Positions 52,371 through 63,510 of a stretch of 64,000 nucleotides of DNA are shown here, in pieces (position 1 is the stretch's first letter; each line of letters starts with the position of its first letter). The translations under genes were made by a program, and so were the position numbers. Under the pieces are notes generated by a model that searched no databases, had not been told where the DNA came from, and saw nothing but the letters and a program-made list of their open reading frames with translations. The stretch is from Trueperaceae bacterium (lineage in GTDB: Bacteria; Deinococcota; Deinococci; Deinococcales; Trueperaceae): positions 1,792,001 through 1,856,000 of the forward strand of contig JAXHLW010000013.1 in NCBI GenBank assembly GCA_034521815.1. The letters are read 5' to 3'.

Positions 52371-53524
52371 GTCTGGCCTTCGGGCAGCGACGCGAGGAAC
52401 GTCCGGACCTCGGCCTCGTACCGGCCTGGGCCGACGTTCCAGCCCTCGACGTGCTCGGCGCCGTCCAGCCGAAGGTACGTCGGCTGACGCGGCAGGGCCT
52501 CGGCGAACGCGTCCACGAGCTCGATCGGCACGGTGCCGTCGCCGGCGCCCGCGATGAGCAGGACCGGCAGGTCCAACGCCGGCGCTCTCTGGCGCAGGTC
52601 CAGTGCCGCGAAGTCGACCCCCGACCGCCAGCCCGCGATCCGTGTCGCCCACGCGGCCAGCACGCCGGGAGCCGGCAGCCCCATGTCGCGGGCGCCGACG
52701 GTGAACACGCTCAGCGGATCGATCAGCGGACTGTCCAGCACCAGCCCGATCGGGCGTGGTGGGGTGTCCGGCCACCGTTCCAGCGCGCCGACGGCGACGC
52801 TGCCGCCCATCGAGAAGCCGACCAGGACCACGCGCCGGGCGCCGCGTTCCGCCAGCCAGCGGAGCGCGGCGACGGCGTCGTCCGCCTCGCTCTCGCCGTA
52901 GTGGTAGAAGCCGTCGGGACTCGGGGGCGAGGCGTCGTGGTTCCGGTAGCTCGCGACCAGCACCGAGGCGCCGGTCCCCGTCAGGGTCGGAAGGATCCTT
53001 AGCGCCTCCGTCCGGTCCGCCCGGCGGCGGCCGTGCAGCACCAGCACGGCGTCGTCCGTCCGGCCGGGCAGCCACCAGGCCGGCAGCTCGCCCAGCGGTC
53101 CCGGAATGGCGACCTCCTCGAAGACCAGACCGCGATCCGCCGGGCTCGCGAACAGCGTCACGTCGACGCGCGCCGGATCGCCCGTGCGCGGCGGGCGGCC
53201 GCGCGTCGGACGGACGGTCCGCACGACCGTGTCGGCGTTCCGCTCCTCGACCGGGCCCAACAGGCCGGCGCCGCCCTGCCAGAGAAGTCCGAAGCGACCG
53301 CGGACGTCGCTGCGGGCCATCTGAGCCGGCGCCTCGCCGGGAAGCGGCATCGTGACCCGGTACGCGCCGTCACCGGTCGCGCTCACGTTCGCGAGCTCGA
53401 ACTCGGGCATCAGCGAGTACGGCGCCGGCGTCAGGATCGTGCCCGAGAAGATCCAGCCGATCGCGACCGCGCCGGCCACGACCAGGACCAGCGCCCCTCC
53501 CAGCAGCCATCTCAGAATGCGCAC
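52358..53524 (-). CDS. Membrane-anchored alpha/beta hydrolase
   Basis: N-terminal TM helix; LVLHG, SYRN, GFSMGG, DGTVP, AEHV. Confidence 0.85.
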   Translation of the reverse strand: MRILRWLLGGALVLVVAGAVAIGWIFSGTILTPAPYSLMPEFELANVSATGDGAYRVTMPLPGEAPAQMARSDVRGRFGLLWQGGAGLLGPVEERNADTVVRTVRPTRGRPPRTGDPARVDVTLFASPADRGLVFEEVAIPGPLGELPAWWLPGRTDDAVLVLHGRRRADRTEALRILPTLTGTGASVLVASYRNHDASPPSPDGFYHYGESEADDAVAALRWLAERGARRVVLVGFSMGGSVAVGALERWPDTPPRPIGLVLDSPLIDPLSVFTVGARDMGLPAPGVLAAWATRIAGWRSGVDFAALDLRQRAPALDLPVLLIAGAGDGTVPIELVDAFAEALPRQPTYLRLDGAEHVEGWNVGPGRYEAEVRTFLASLPEGQTQPR

Positions 53525-53594
53525 GCGTCGATGCTACGACGCCGATCGGGCCTGCGCGTCGTGACCGCCGTTCGCGGAGCGCGGCGCGCCGGCG

Positions 53595-54812
53595 TCAGTG
53601 CCAGGCGACCTCGCCGTAGGTGTCCACCCTGTCGGGGCTGGTCGAGAACATGGCGACCGGCACGCCGACGTACGCCTCGATCCGCGCCAGGTAGTCCGTC
53701 ACCTCGCGTGGCAGGGCGTCTCGGCTTCCCAGACCACGCAGATCGCCCCAGCCTGGGTGCTCCTCGTAGAGCGGCGCGCCGTCGTCGCCGTACCCGACGC
53801 CGACCTTGAGCGTCTCCATGCCGGAAAGCACGTCGAGCTTCGTCACCACCAGCGAGTCGAAGCCGTTGATCTCGCAAGCGTAGCGAAGCTGCGCCAGGTC
53901 CAGCCAGCCGACCCGGCGGGGGCGCCCGGTGGTGGTGCCGTACTCGTCCCACTGGTTCGCGCCGGTGCCGCGCAGCCGCAACCCGGTCTCCTCGTCCACG
54001 ATCTCGGTCGCGAACGGACCGTGGCCGACGCGGGTGGTGAACGCCTTGACGACGCCGACGACGGTCCCGAGCGCCTTGTGCGACACGCCGGCGCCCACCA
54101 CGATGCCGCCGACCGTGGGGTGGCTGCTGGTGACGTACGGGTAGGTGCCGTACCCCAGGTCCAGCATCGTGCCCTGCCCGCCTTCGAACATGACGCGCTC
54201 GCCGCGCGCCAACGCCGCGCGCACCTCCGCGCCGGTATCGGCGACGTACGGGGCCAGCCGCTCGCGCGCGCCGGCCAAGGCGTCCATGGCCGCCTCGACC
54301 GAGGTCCAGCCGACACGCGCCGTCGAGTTGGGCTTGCCCAGCAGCAGTCGCTCGAGTCGCTCGCGCAGCACGCCGTCGTCCAGCAGATCGCCGGCCCGCA
54401 CGCCCAGCCGGCGCGCCTTGTCGCTGTAGGCCGGTCCGATCCCCCGCCCGGTGGTGCCGACGAACCCGCCCCCCTCGTCGTTCTTGCGGTGGTGGGGGAG
54501 CACCAGGTGCGCTTCGCGCGCGATCCGGATCGTGCCCGGGTCGCGCCGCGCGGCCAGGCCGTCGAGCTCCTCGAGGAACGTCCACGGATCGATCACCATG
54601 CCGGCCCCCAGCACGGAGACGGGCCGGTCGTGCAGCACGCCGCACGGCAGGTGGTGAAGCTTGAACGTCTCGCCGCCCGCCACGACCGTGTGACCCGCGT
54701 TGGCGCCGCCCGAGAAGCGGACGACCACGTCCGCGTCGTGCGCGAGGGCGTCCACGACCTTCCCCTTGCCCTCGTCCCCCCACTGGGCTCCGATCACGGC
54801 GATTCCCGGCAT
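53595..54812 (-). CDS. purA: Adenylosuccinate synthetase
   Basis: GAQWGDEGKGK, GGANAGHT, GTTGRGIGPAY, GTYPYVTSS, GTTTGRPRR, TKLDVL. Confidence 0.97.
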   Translation of the reverse strand: MPGIAVIGAQWGDEGKGKVVDALAHDADVVVRFSGGANAGHTVVAGGETFKLHHLPCGVLHDRPVSVLGAGMVIDPWTFLEELDGLAARRDPGTIRIAREAHLVLPHHRKNDEGGGFVGTTGRGIGPAYSDKARRLGVRAGDLLDDGVLRERLERLLLGKPNSTARVGWTSVEAAMDALAGARERLAPYVADTGAEVRAALARGERVMFEGGQGTMLDLGYGTYPYVTSSHPTVGGIVVGAGVSHKALGTVVGVVKAFTTRVGHGPFATEIVDEETGLRLRGTGANQWDEYGTTTGRPRRVGWLDLAQLRYACEINGFDSLVVTKLDVLSGMETLKVGVGYGDDGAPLYEEHPGWGDLRGLGSRDALPREVTDYLARIEAYVGVPVAMFSTSPDRVDTYGEVAWH

Positions 54813-54934
54813 GACGTCACGACCTCTCGAGCGGGCTCGCGGCACCGGACGGTCCGGTCCGCGGCGGTGGGCAGTATGACACGGGTCGCCGGGCCGGGCC
54901 GCAGCCGTTCCCGTCGGGCGATCCGTTCGCTCAT

Positions 54935-55530
54935 GCAAGCCAGCTGCATCGGTCGAGGTTCCGGTCGCTCGGGGCCAGCTGTCGTGCTCGGCGCAGTTGG
55001 ACGGGTACCGCGTGCAGGCGCCATCGATGGGGTCGCGCCGAAGCCTGGTTCCTTTGCCGTCCGCGCCCGCCTCGAGCCTGAGGATGCTGCGCGTGCCCAC
55101 CTCCCGCAGCGCGACCCGCCGCGCACACGGACATGCGCTCGCCTCGCTGCGGGACACGCCCGGCCGGTCGAGACAGCTTCTTCCCTCGGCGTGTCCGGCA
55201 CCGCCAGCGGGGCGGCCATCTCCTCGACCGGCTGCTCGAGCGACTCGGATCTCAGCCGCGACCAAGTCTTCGAGATCGACGTCGCGTGCGGCACCGACGC
55301 CGACGCGTCCCACGACCCGACCCCCTCGATCAGCAACCGGCAAAGCTCCCGATGTCCCGAATCTTCATACAACGCCATCTCCCAGTCCACGGTCCAACGC
55401 GAGCCGCGACGGCGACAACCGCGACCTGAACGGGAGACGCCACGCCGACGCCACGTGGACGGCGTCGCGGCCAGACGTCCAGGGCGCCGCCCGTGCGGCG
55501 CCGCACGGGCGCATCGTCGCGTCGGCACCC
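54935..55530 (-). mobile_element. Decayed IS4-family transposase fragment (N-terminal half)
   Basis: Frame pieces MALYEDSGHRELCRLLIEG...SISKTWSRLRSESLEQ...AAPLAVPDTP and RPGVSRSEASACPCARRVALREVGTRSIL resemble IS4 transposase segments; the first DDE Asp region is missing. Confidence 0.65.
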
Positions 55531-55661
55531 GGTGGGTCGTGCGCTTGTCGCCGCCGAAGAATGTGCATATACTACCGAAATCGTTCGTGCAGGGACGCTT
55601 CGCGGATCCCGACGCACGTGCATCGCGACGATCCTAAGCGGTCGTTGGAAAGGACGTGAAC

Positions 55662-57234
55662 ATGATGGCCCGACGTCTCCTCCTGACCCTTGTGACCCTG
55701 TGCATCGCCGCGAGCGCGATAGCGCAGGACGGAGGGACCCTCCGCTATCCGATCGACGCCGACCCTGAGCACCTCGACCCGTGGCGCTCCACGTCCGTGG
55801 CGACGCGCCGCGTTCTGGTGAACGTCTACGAGGGGCTCACCACCTTCGATCCGGTGACGGCAGAGGTCGCGCCGCTGCTCGCCGAAGTCGTGGGAGGTCT
55901 CCGACGACGGCCTGACCTACACGTTCGACCTCCGGGAGAGCGTCATGTTCCAGGAGGCCGAGGGTGTCGAGTACGCGGACCGCGAGATGACCGCCGACGA
56001 TGTCGTCTGGTCGTTCGAGCGGTTCGTGACCGAGGACACCAGCATCTCCGAGCACCCCGAGTACCTGAGCGCCGTCGCCGGCAGCGATACGTTCCTCGCG
56101 GGCGAGGCCGACACGATCTCGGGCCTGGACGTGATCGACGACTACACGCTGCAGGTCACCCTCGCGCAGCCCAGCCACCGCTTTCTGGCGGACCTGGTGA
56201 ACGCTTACGTGGTGCCCCGCGAGGCGCTCGAGGGTCTCGGCGACCGGCTCTCGAACAGCCCGGTCGGCACCGGCCCGTTTACCTTCGGCTCGTGGAACCG
56301 CGACGACCGGCTCGTGCTGAACGCCAACCCGGAATACTGGGAAGAAGGCTACCCGCTGCTCGACGCGGTCCGCTTCATCAACGTCCCCGACGAGACGACC
56401 GGCCTGCTGCAGTACCGCGAGGACGAGCTCGACCTGCTGCTCTCCTTTCCGTCGGGCCAGCTAGAGTCGATTCAGGAGCAGTACGGCGGCGAGTACCACG
56501 AGGCGCCCGGCCTGAACGTCCGCTACTGGGGCTTCAAGATGACCGAGCCTCCCTTCGAGGACAACCCCGCGCTGCGCCAGGCGTTCAACCACGCCGTCGA
56601 CCGCGAGCTGATCTGGGACGTCCTCATGGAGGGAGCCCGTCGTCCCGCCCAGGCCGGCGTGCTGCCGCCCGAGATGCCCGCCGCCGACGTGGACGGCTAC
56701 ACCTACGATCTCGAGCGCGCCCGCGAACTGCTCGCCGAGGCCGGCTATCCCGAAGGCGAGGGCCTCGAGCCCATCACGCTCTACTACTTCGCCTCGGCCG
56801 ACGCCGCGCCCCAGGTGGCGTTCCAGGACATGCTGTCGCAGATTGGCGTGGAGATCGAGCTGCAGAGCGAGGACAACAGCACCTACTGGAGCCACATCGG
56901 CGAGCCCGACGTGAAGCTTTTCCTCTCCGGCTGGAGCGCCGACTTCGCCGATCCGAGCGAGATCTTCGACTTCCTCTTCGCCGAAGGCCGCGACGACACG
57001 CAGTACGACAACCCTGAGGTCGACGAGCTCCTCGCCGAAGCCCGCGCCACCTCCGACGGCGCCGCCCGGCAGGAGATCTACCGGAAGGTGCACGAGATCG
57101 TCATGGAGGACGCACCGTGGATCCCCTCCGGCTACTCCAAGATCTCCTACCTGGTCAAGTCCGACGTGGACGGCTTCACCGTCTCTCCGGCCGGCACCTA
57201 TCGCGCCCCGTTGAAGTACGTGAGCGTCGACTGA
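55662..57234 (+). CDS. Peptide/nickel-family ABC substrate-binding protein (SBP family 5), apparent frameshift near 55885
   Basis: Signal peptide; LDP, VYEGL, PLLAE/SWEVSDDGLTYTFDLR, TADDVVWSF, PVGTGPF, LRQAFNHAVDR. Confidence 0.88.
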
Positions 57235-57264
57235 CCCAGCACGCCACGCATCCCTGAACGCGAA

Positions 57265-57302
57265 GCGCCCGTGTCGGGCCGGTTCCGGCCGGACACGGGC
57301 GC
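57265..57302 (+). terminator. Intercistronic stem-loop after the SBP gene
   Basis: GCGCCCGTGTCGGGCCGG-TT-CCGGCCGGACACGGGCGC, 18-bp arms with one mismatch. Confidence 0.65.
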
Positions 57303-57317
57303 ATGGGAGACCGTATC

Positions 57318-58261
57318 TTGTTCGAGTACATCGTGCGAAGGACGCTGTGGGCCATCCCCACGCTGCTCGGCGTCTTCACGATCATCTTCGTCCTGGCCTA
57401 CATGATGCCGGGTGACCCGGTACGGGCCGTGATGGGCGAGCAGTACCAGCGGGCCGATCCAGCCACGATCGAGCGCGTCCGCGAGCGGCTCGGCCTGAAC
57501 GATCCCTTGCACGTCCGCTACATCGGGTTCCTGGCCCGCTCGCTCCGAGGGGACCTCGGCGAGAGCTTCGTGCTCGACGAATCGGTCGTCGACATCATCG
57601 GCTACCGCTTCCCCGCACCCTGCAGTTGATGAGCGCCGCGCTGCTGGTGGCGATCGCGATCGGCATCCCCGCCGGCATCCTCGCGGCGCGCTACCAGTAC
57701 TCGTGGATCGACCACACCCTCATGCTGATCGCGGTGCTCGGCGTCGCCATGCCGGTGTTCTGGCAGGCGGTGCTGGCCAAGATCTTCTTGACCCAGGACA
57801 CCTACGGTGTCGCGCTCTTCCCGGTCGCAGGCTATGGGGACGGCAACCCCTACTACATGGTCCTGCCCTCGCTCGTGCTCGGCACGCACCTCTCGGCCAC
57901 GATCGCGCGCGTGATGCGTTCGTCGCTGCTGGAGGAGCGTGGCAAGGACTACTCGCGCACCGCCCTGTCGAAGGGCCTGACCGGCAACCGCGTGATCGTC
58001 GGCCACCAGCTCCGCAACGCGATGATCCCCGTGGTCACGGTGATCGGCCTGGACGTGGGCTACCTGCTGGGCGGCTCCGTGGTGACCGAGACGGTGTTCA
58101 ACTGGCCCGGCCTGGGCCGCGCGGTGATCGCCGCGATCTCGCGCCGTGACGCGCCAGTCATCATCGGTACGCTCGTGTTCGGGGCACTGCTGTTCGTGGT
58201 GGTGAACATCCTGGTCGATATCGTCTACGCCTTCCTCGACCCGCAGATCCGCTACGCGTGA
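57318..58261 (+). CDS. Peptide ABC permease, DppB/OppB-like (apparent frameshift near 57611)
   Basis: MPGDP, LGLNDPL, GDLGES; RSSLLE, TALSKGL, HQLRNAMIP, ETVFNWPGLG, DPQIR. Confidence 0.87.
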
Positions 58262-59108
58262 GACGGGTCTCCGCCCTCGTCCGCTCCCGCAAGATGCGGG
58301 CATTCGCCCGGCACCGCTTGGGGCTCCTCGGCCTGGCGATCGTGACGACCTTCACGCTCGCGGCGATCTTCGCGCCCTGGATCGCCCCGTACGACCCCAC
58401 GGAGCAGCGCATCGCCACGGCCCGGCTCGTGCCGCCGTCGCCGAACACCTCATGGGCACCGACGAGCTCGGGCGCGACCTGTTCTCCCGCATCGTCTACG
58501 GCGCGCGCATCTCGATGCGGATAGGGCTCATCGCGGAGGGCATCGCCCTCACGATCGGCATCATCCTGGGCGCGACCGCCGGCTTCGTGGGCGGCTGGGT
58601 CGACAACCTGATCATGCGCGTCACCGACGTCTTCTTCGCGATCCCCGCCCTACTGTTCCTGATCGTGGTGGTGGCGATCTTCGACTCGAGCGCGACCACC
58701 ATCTTTCTGGCGCTGGGGCTCATTGCGTGGCCCAGCGAGGCACGCATGATGCGCTCGGAGGTGTTGCGCATCCGCGAACGCGAGTACGTCACCGCCGCGC
58801 GCGCGCTCGGGCTGCACAACGCACGCATCGTGATGCGCCACATCCTGCCTAACGCCATCGCATCGATGATCGTGATCGGCTCCCTCGGCGTGGCCGGGGC
58901 GATCCTCGCGGAAGCCACCCTGTCCTTCCTGGGGCTCGGGATCCAGGAGCCCATCGCTTCGTGGGGCACGATGATCAACCGCGGCCAGCAGTTCGTCTTC
59001 ACCGCCTGGTGGTACAGCGTGTTCCCGGGGGCCGTGATCATGCTGGTGGTGCTGGGCTTCAACTTCCTGGGCGACGCGGTCCGCGACGCCCTGGCGGGAG
59101 AGAAGTGA
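58258..59108 (+). CDS. Peptide ABC permease, DppC/OppC-like (apparent frameshift near 58442)
   Basis: APWIAPYDP; GTDELGRDLFSRIVYGAR, EYVTAARALG, HILPN, FNFLGDAVRDAL. Confidence 0.87.
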
Positions 59109-59145
59109 GCCTCCTTCCACCGCGTCCCGCCCCGAGGAGGAGAGC

Positions 59146-60577
59146 ATGAGGACAGACGCATGGATCGCCGAGTTCGACGCCCTCGCCGAGGCGTTCTTCG
59201 TCGAGCACGACGTGCCGGGCGGTGCGGTCGCGGTCACCGTGGGCGACGAGGTCGTGCTGTCGCGCGGCTACGGGCTGCGGGACCGCGAGGCGGGCCTGCC
59301 GGCGACGGAGACGACCCGCTTCGGCGTCGCCTCGCTTTCGAAGTCGTTCACGGCCCTCACGCTGCTTAGCCTGGCGGCCAACGGAGTGCTCGACCTGGAC
59401 GACCCCGTGACGCGCTGGCTGCCCGGCTTCGACTACCCCGGCCTGCGCCCGGAGACCCCGGTTCGGCTCCGCCATATGCTGAGCCACACGAGCGGCATCC
59501 CGCCCTCCGGGCCCTCGACTACGGCATCCACCCGAGCCAGACCGGCGACCCGGCCGAGGCGTTCAACGAGCGCTCGTACGACGACGCGCCCGCCATGGGG
59601 AGCTACGAGGACCTGTTGGCCTACCTGCGGCGCGGCGAGGGCCCGCTCATCGCCCCGCCGGGGGAGGTCGTGTCGTACTCGAACGACGCCTACGGGCTAC
59701 TCGGCGCGGTGGTGGAGGCGGCGACGGGGGTGCCGTTCGGGGAGGCCGTGCGCGAGCGCGTGTTCGCGCCCCTTGGGATGGACGGCGCCACCTTCGATAC
59801 GGCCGACGCGCGCGCGTCGGGCGAGCTGACGCAGCTCTACACGCCTTCCCGGGCGGCGGGACCATCGTTTCGCCCCGCTGGGAGGAGGCGCCGGCGCACC
59901 TGGCGACCGGCTTCATGAAGGCCAGCGTGCGCGACCTGTCGTGCTGCCTACGCGCTCTCGCCACGGACGATCACGCGCGGCTCGGGCTCGCGCCCGAGGT
60001 CCTGGCCTCCCTCTTCGAGGGGCGCGGCTGGGCGGAGCCTAGCACGGACTACGGGCTCGGTTGGATGGTGCAGGCGGACTATCACGGCGTGACGCTCATG
60101 CGCCACGGCGGCAGCTTGAAGGGGATCTCCGCGCACCAGGGCTTCGTGCCCGAACGGGACGTGGGCGTCGTGGTCCTCTGCAATCTGGACGAGGTGCCGG
60201 TCAAGCGGCTGTGGGCCGTGGGGATCAACCTGGCACTCGGTCTGCCAGCTGACACGCCGCTCCAACACGTGCCCGAGGACGCGGCGGCGCGCGGTCCCGC
60301 GCCTGCGGCCGTGGCAGGCCTCTACGCCTCAGGCGAGCCCTGGGGGCGGTTCGAGGTGCGCGAAGAGAACGGCGTCCTGCGTGCGTACACGGGCGAGGAC
60401 GGCAGCCTCGCCGGTCGCCTGGCGTGGCTCGACGACCGCACGTTCGTGCTGGAGACGGACGCGGGCGCATGGTCGGGCGGGCGCTTTCACCTGAACGAGA
60501 CGGGCGAGGCAATCGCGGCGCAGCAGGGGATGCGGTGGTACGTGCGCGAAGCTGCGAGCCACAGCACGCCAGGCTAG
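59146..60577 (+). CDS. Cytoplasmic serine hydrolase (beta-lactamase-like peptidase), two apparent frameshifts (near 59503 and 59845)
   Basis: ASLSK (SxxK), LSHTSG, SYSN, YGLGW and HGGS spread over three frames. Confidence 0.8.
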
Positions 60578-60816
60578 AGCGCAGCGATGACCCCTCGAGG
60601 CCGACCGAACGGCGCCGCCAGCGGCTCGGCCTCGATCGGTCGCGGGCACGAAGGATCGCGACCTTGCTCGGAACCCGCCACGACCACGCAAGGCCCCGAC
60701 GAGGGTCGCAGACCTCCTCATCCCGCGCCTCCGGCCACGACCCCAGTCCCAGCACCGGCACTCGACACCCCACGCCAATCGCTCGAGTCGACGGTATTGG
60801 GGCTAAACTGACGCGC

Positions 60817-61284
60817 ATGAGACTTTCGGCCACCGACATCTATGCGCTCCAGGCGCTCGGTTTCCTGGGCAGCCGGCACGGACGCGGCTGGGTGGGAAGC
60901 GACGCCATCGCCCAGGCGACCGGCATCGCGCGACCGTACCTGGCACGCGTGATGGCGGCGCTGGTCGCGAGCGGCATCGTGGGGTCGAAGAAGGGCGCCG
61001 GGGGCGGCTACGCCCTGCAGCGCGAGCCCGCCTCGGTCGACCTGCGCGAGGTGATGCGCGCCATCGACGGACCCGTCGCGCCGCTGAGCTGCGTCAGCCG
61101 GAACTGGTACGAGGCGTGCGAGGTCGAGGACCGCTGTCACGCCCGCAGCGCCATCTGGCAGCGCGTCCGAGACGCCGTCCTGGACGTTCTGGCCGACGTG
61201 AGCGTCGCCGACCTCGCGCGCGACGTCGACCAGGGGATCGACTACCGACCGTGCCTGGACCACCTGTTGAGGCCGGGCGCGTGA
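60817..61284 (+). CDS. Rrf2 family transcriptional regulator with three Cys (Fe-S type)
   Basis: [43 protein letters not shown] -10 box 7 nt upstream. Confidence 0.9.
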   Translation: MRLSATDIYALQALGFLGSRHGRGWVGSDAIAQATGIARPYLARVMAALVASGIVGSKKGAGGGYALQREPASVDLREVMRAIDGPVAPLSCVSRNWYEACEVEDRCHARSAIWQRVRDAVLDVLADVSVADLARDVDQGIDYRPCLDHLLRPGA

Positions 61285-62096
61285 GGGTCCGTGCGAGCGC
61301 CCGTCCCCGCGTCCTGGTCACCACCAGCCAGTCGGCACGCGAAAGGCCGCTTCGCCGGATCGATGCGCTCACCGGCCAGAACTACGCCAGCGCGCTGGTT
61401 CGTACCGGCTTGCTGCCGACGATGGCGCCGACGTTGCCGGCCGAGCTCGCGCCGGCGCTGCTGGACGGCGTCGACGGCGTGCTGTTCTCGGGCGGCGTCG
61501 ACATCGATCCGGCTCGCTTCGGGCAGCGACCCAGCCGGAACCTCGGCGTGGTGGACCAAGAGCGAGACGCATTCGAGCTCGCCCTCTACCACGCCGCCCG
61601 GGAGCGGGGCCTACCGATGCTGGGCATCTGCCGAGGGATCCAGCTCGTCGCGGTCGCTGCGGGCGGCACCGTCCACCAGCACCTCCAGGACGTGCCCGGC
61701 ACCCATCAGCACGAACAGCGCGACCGTGGCGGCGATCCGCTCCATACGGTTCGATTGACCGCCCCCTCCGTCTTGGCGGACCTTTTCGGAGCGGACTCGG
61801 TCACGGTGAACAGCTATCACCACCAAGCGGTCGACGCTCCTCCCGACGGCTACCGTGTCACGGCCAGGACGCACGACGGCGTGGTCGAGGCGCTCGAGGC
61901 GGACGGCGGAAGCTTCGTGCTGGCGGTGCAGTGGCATCCCGAGATGGCGTTTCCGCGGCACCCCGCGCAGCTCGTGCCGTTCGTCGCGTTCGCGCGGGCG
62001 CTGGGCGTGGACGTGGACGTGGACGTGAGCGTCGACGTTGGCGTGGGCGTAGGCCTCGGCGTGGACGCGGGCGCGGGCGCCGCCGAGGCCGGCTGA
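61281..62096 (+). CDS. Class I glutamine amidotransferase-like peptidase C26 (gamma-glutamyl-GABA hydrolase family)
   Basis: [36 protein letters not shown]. Confidence 0.9.
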   Translation: MRVRASARPRVLVTTSQSARERPLRRIDALTGQNYASALVRTGLLPTMAPTLPAELAPALLDGVDGVLFSGGVDIDPARFGQRPSRNLGVVDQERDAFELALYHAARERGLPMLGICRGIQLVAVAAGGTVHQHLQDVPGTHQHEQRDRGGDPLHTVRLTAPSVLADLFGADSVTVNSYHHQAVDAPPDGYRVTARTHDGVVEALEADGGSFVLAVQWHPEMAFPRHPAQLVPFVAFARALGVDVDVDVSVDVGVGVGLGVDAGAGAAEAG

Positions 62097-63188
62097 ATGC
62101 GGCCCGCTCCCCTGTTCGGGACGGTGGTCGTGGCCGGCGTCGGGCTGATCGGCGGCTCGATCGCGCTGGGCACCCGGCAGCGCTTCCTGGCCGACCGGGT
62201 GATCGGCCTCGATCCGGACGCCGAGGCGCTCGAGGTCGCCCGCTTCCACGGCGTGATCGACGAGGCGCGCCTCGAGCCCGGACCGTGGCTGGCGGACGCC
62301 GACCTGATCGTGTTGGCCACGCCGTCCAGAACGCTGGTTCCGCTGGCGCGCCAGCTCGCGCCGTTCCTGCGCGAGGACGCGATCGTGACGGACGTGGGCT
62401 CGGTCAAAGCCCCGATCGTCGCGTCGCTGCACGACCTTCGCCTGGTCGGCGGCCACCCGATGGCCGGCTCGGACCGGTCCGGCGTCCGGCACGCCGACGC
62501 CGCGCTGCTCGAGAACGCGGTGTGGGTGCTGACCCCCACCGAGTCGACCGATCCCCTCGCCTTGGACCGGGTCCGCACCTTCGTGCAGCACCTGGGCGCA
62601 CGCCCGATCGAGGTGCCGCCCGAGCGGCACGACCGCCTGGTCGCCACCGTGTCGCACCTTCCCTACCTGGCGGCGCTGGCGCTGACGCGGCTGGCGTCGG
62701 AGGACGGCGAGCGGGACCTGATGATGCTGCTCGCCGCCGGCGGATTCCGCGACCTGACGCGGGTCGCGTCGGGATCGCCGGTCATGAGTCGCGACATGGT
62801 GGCGGGGAACGTCGACGCGGTGCGCGAGGCCCTCGGCGGCTTCCGGCGCGCCCTGGACGATCTGGAGACCCGGCTCGACGACCCCGAGGCGCTGCTGGCC
62901 GCCTCGGTCGAGGGGAAACGGACGCGCGACGGGATCCCGATCGTGCGCCGCAGCCTGCTCCCGCCCAGGCCCGAGGTGGTCCTGGCCGTGCCGGACGTGC
63001 CGGGCCAGCTGGCGCGCATCACGGCCGCCTGCGGCGAGGCGGGGGTGAACGTCAAGGAGATCGAGGTGCTTTCGATCCGCGAGGCGGGCGGCGCCGTCCG
63101 GCTGGCGTTCGAGGACGCCGAGACCCTCGACGCGGCGGTGCGAGCGCTGCGCGCCGCCGGGTTCGAGGCGCGCGTGCGAGCGGTCTGA
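62097..63188 (+). CDS. tyrA: Prephenate/arogenate dehydrogenase with C-terminal ACT domain
   Basis: GVGLIGGS, TDVGSVK, GGHPMAGS, HDRLVATVSHLP, GGFRDLTRVA; ACT PDVPGQL. Confidence 0.93.
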   Translation: MRPAPLFGTVVVAGVGLIGGSIALGTRQRFLADRVIGLDPDAEALEVARFHGVIDEARLEPGPWLADADLIVLATPSRTLVPLARQLAPFLREDAIVTDVGSVKAPIVASLHDLRLVGGHPMAGSDRSGVRHADAALLENAVWVLTPTESTDPLALDRVRTFVQHLGARPIEVPPERHDRLVATVSHLPYLAALALTRLASEDGERDLMMLLAAGGFRDLTRVASGSPVMSRDMVAGNVDAVREALGGFRRALDDLETRLDDPEALLAASVEGKRTRDGIPIVRRSLLPPRPEVVLAVPDVPGQLARITAACGEAGVNVKEIEVLSIREAGGAVRLAFEDAETLDAAVRALRAAGFEARVRAV

Positions 63189-63203
63189 GCGGCGCCTGCG
63201 ACG

Positions 63204-63470
63204 GTGAGCGACGGGGCGCGCGACGAGCTGTTCGACCTGGCGGTGAACCGGGCGCTGTCGTACGCGCGGCGGACCCGGGCGCTGCAACGCGCGAGCGACG
63301 TCCCCTCGCTCACGCGGGAGCTGGAGCTATGGATCCTGCGTACCCGCTTCGCCTACCGCGTTCGCCTCGAGGAGGTCGCGGCGCGCCTCCTGGACGCGCC
63401 CGCCGGCGAGGTTCACTGGAGCGGCGGTGCCGGCGGCGGCTGGCGCGAGGGCCCGCCCCCACGGCCGTGA
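63204..63470 (+). CDS. Hypothetical protein (88 aa)
   Basis: Follows tyrA in the same direction; plausible composition (LFDLAVNRA, WILRTRFAYR, HWSGG). Confidence 0.6.
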   Translation: MSDGARDELFDLAVNRALSYARRTRALQRASDVPSLTRELELWILRTRFAYRVRLEEVAARLLDAPAGEVHWSGGAGGGWREGPPPRP

Positions 63471-63510
63471 CCGTCAGGCTCGCCGGTAGAGCTCGGCTCG
63501 TCCGCAGCGC

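Noticed and set aside
53595..55343. N-terminally extended 582-aa PurA
   Set aside because: PurA starts at 54812 (MPGIAVIGAQWGDEGKGK); the upstream in-frame stretch is promoter DNA and IS4 debris.
62005..62096. (VD/VG)n tail of the C26 hydrolase as a functional domain
   Set aside because: Degenerate 6-bp microsatellite expansion after the end of the catalytic domain.
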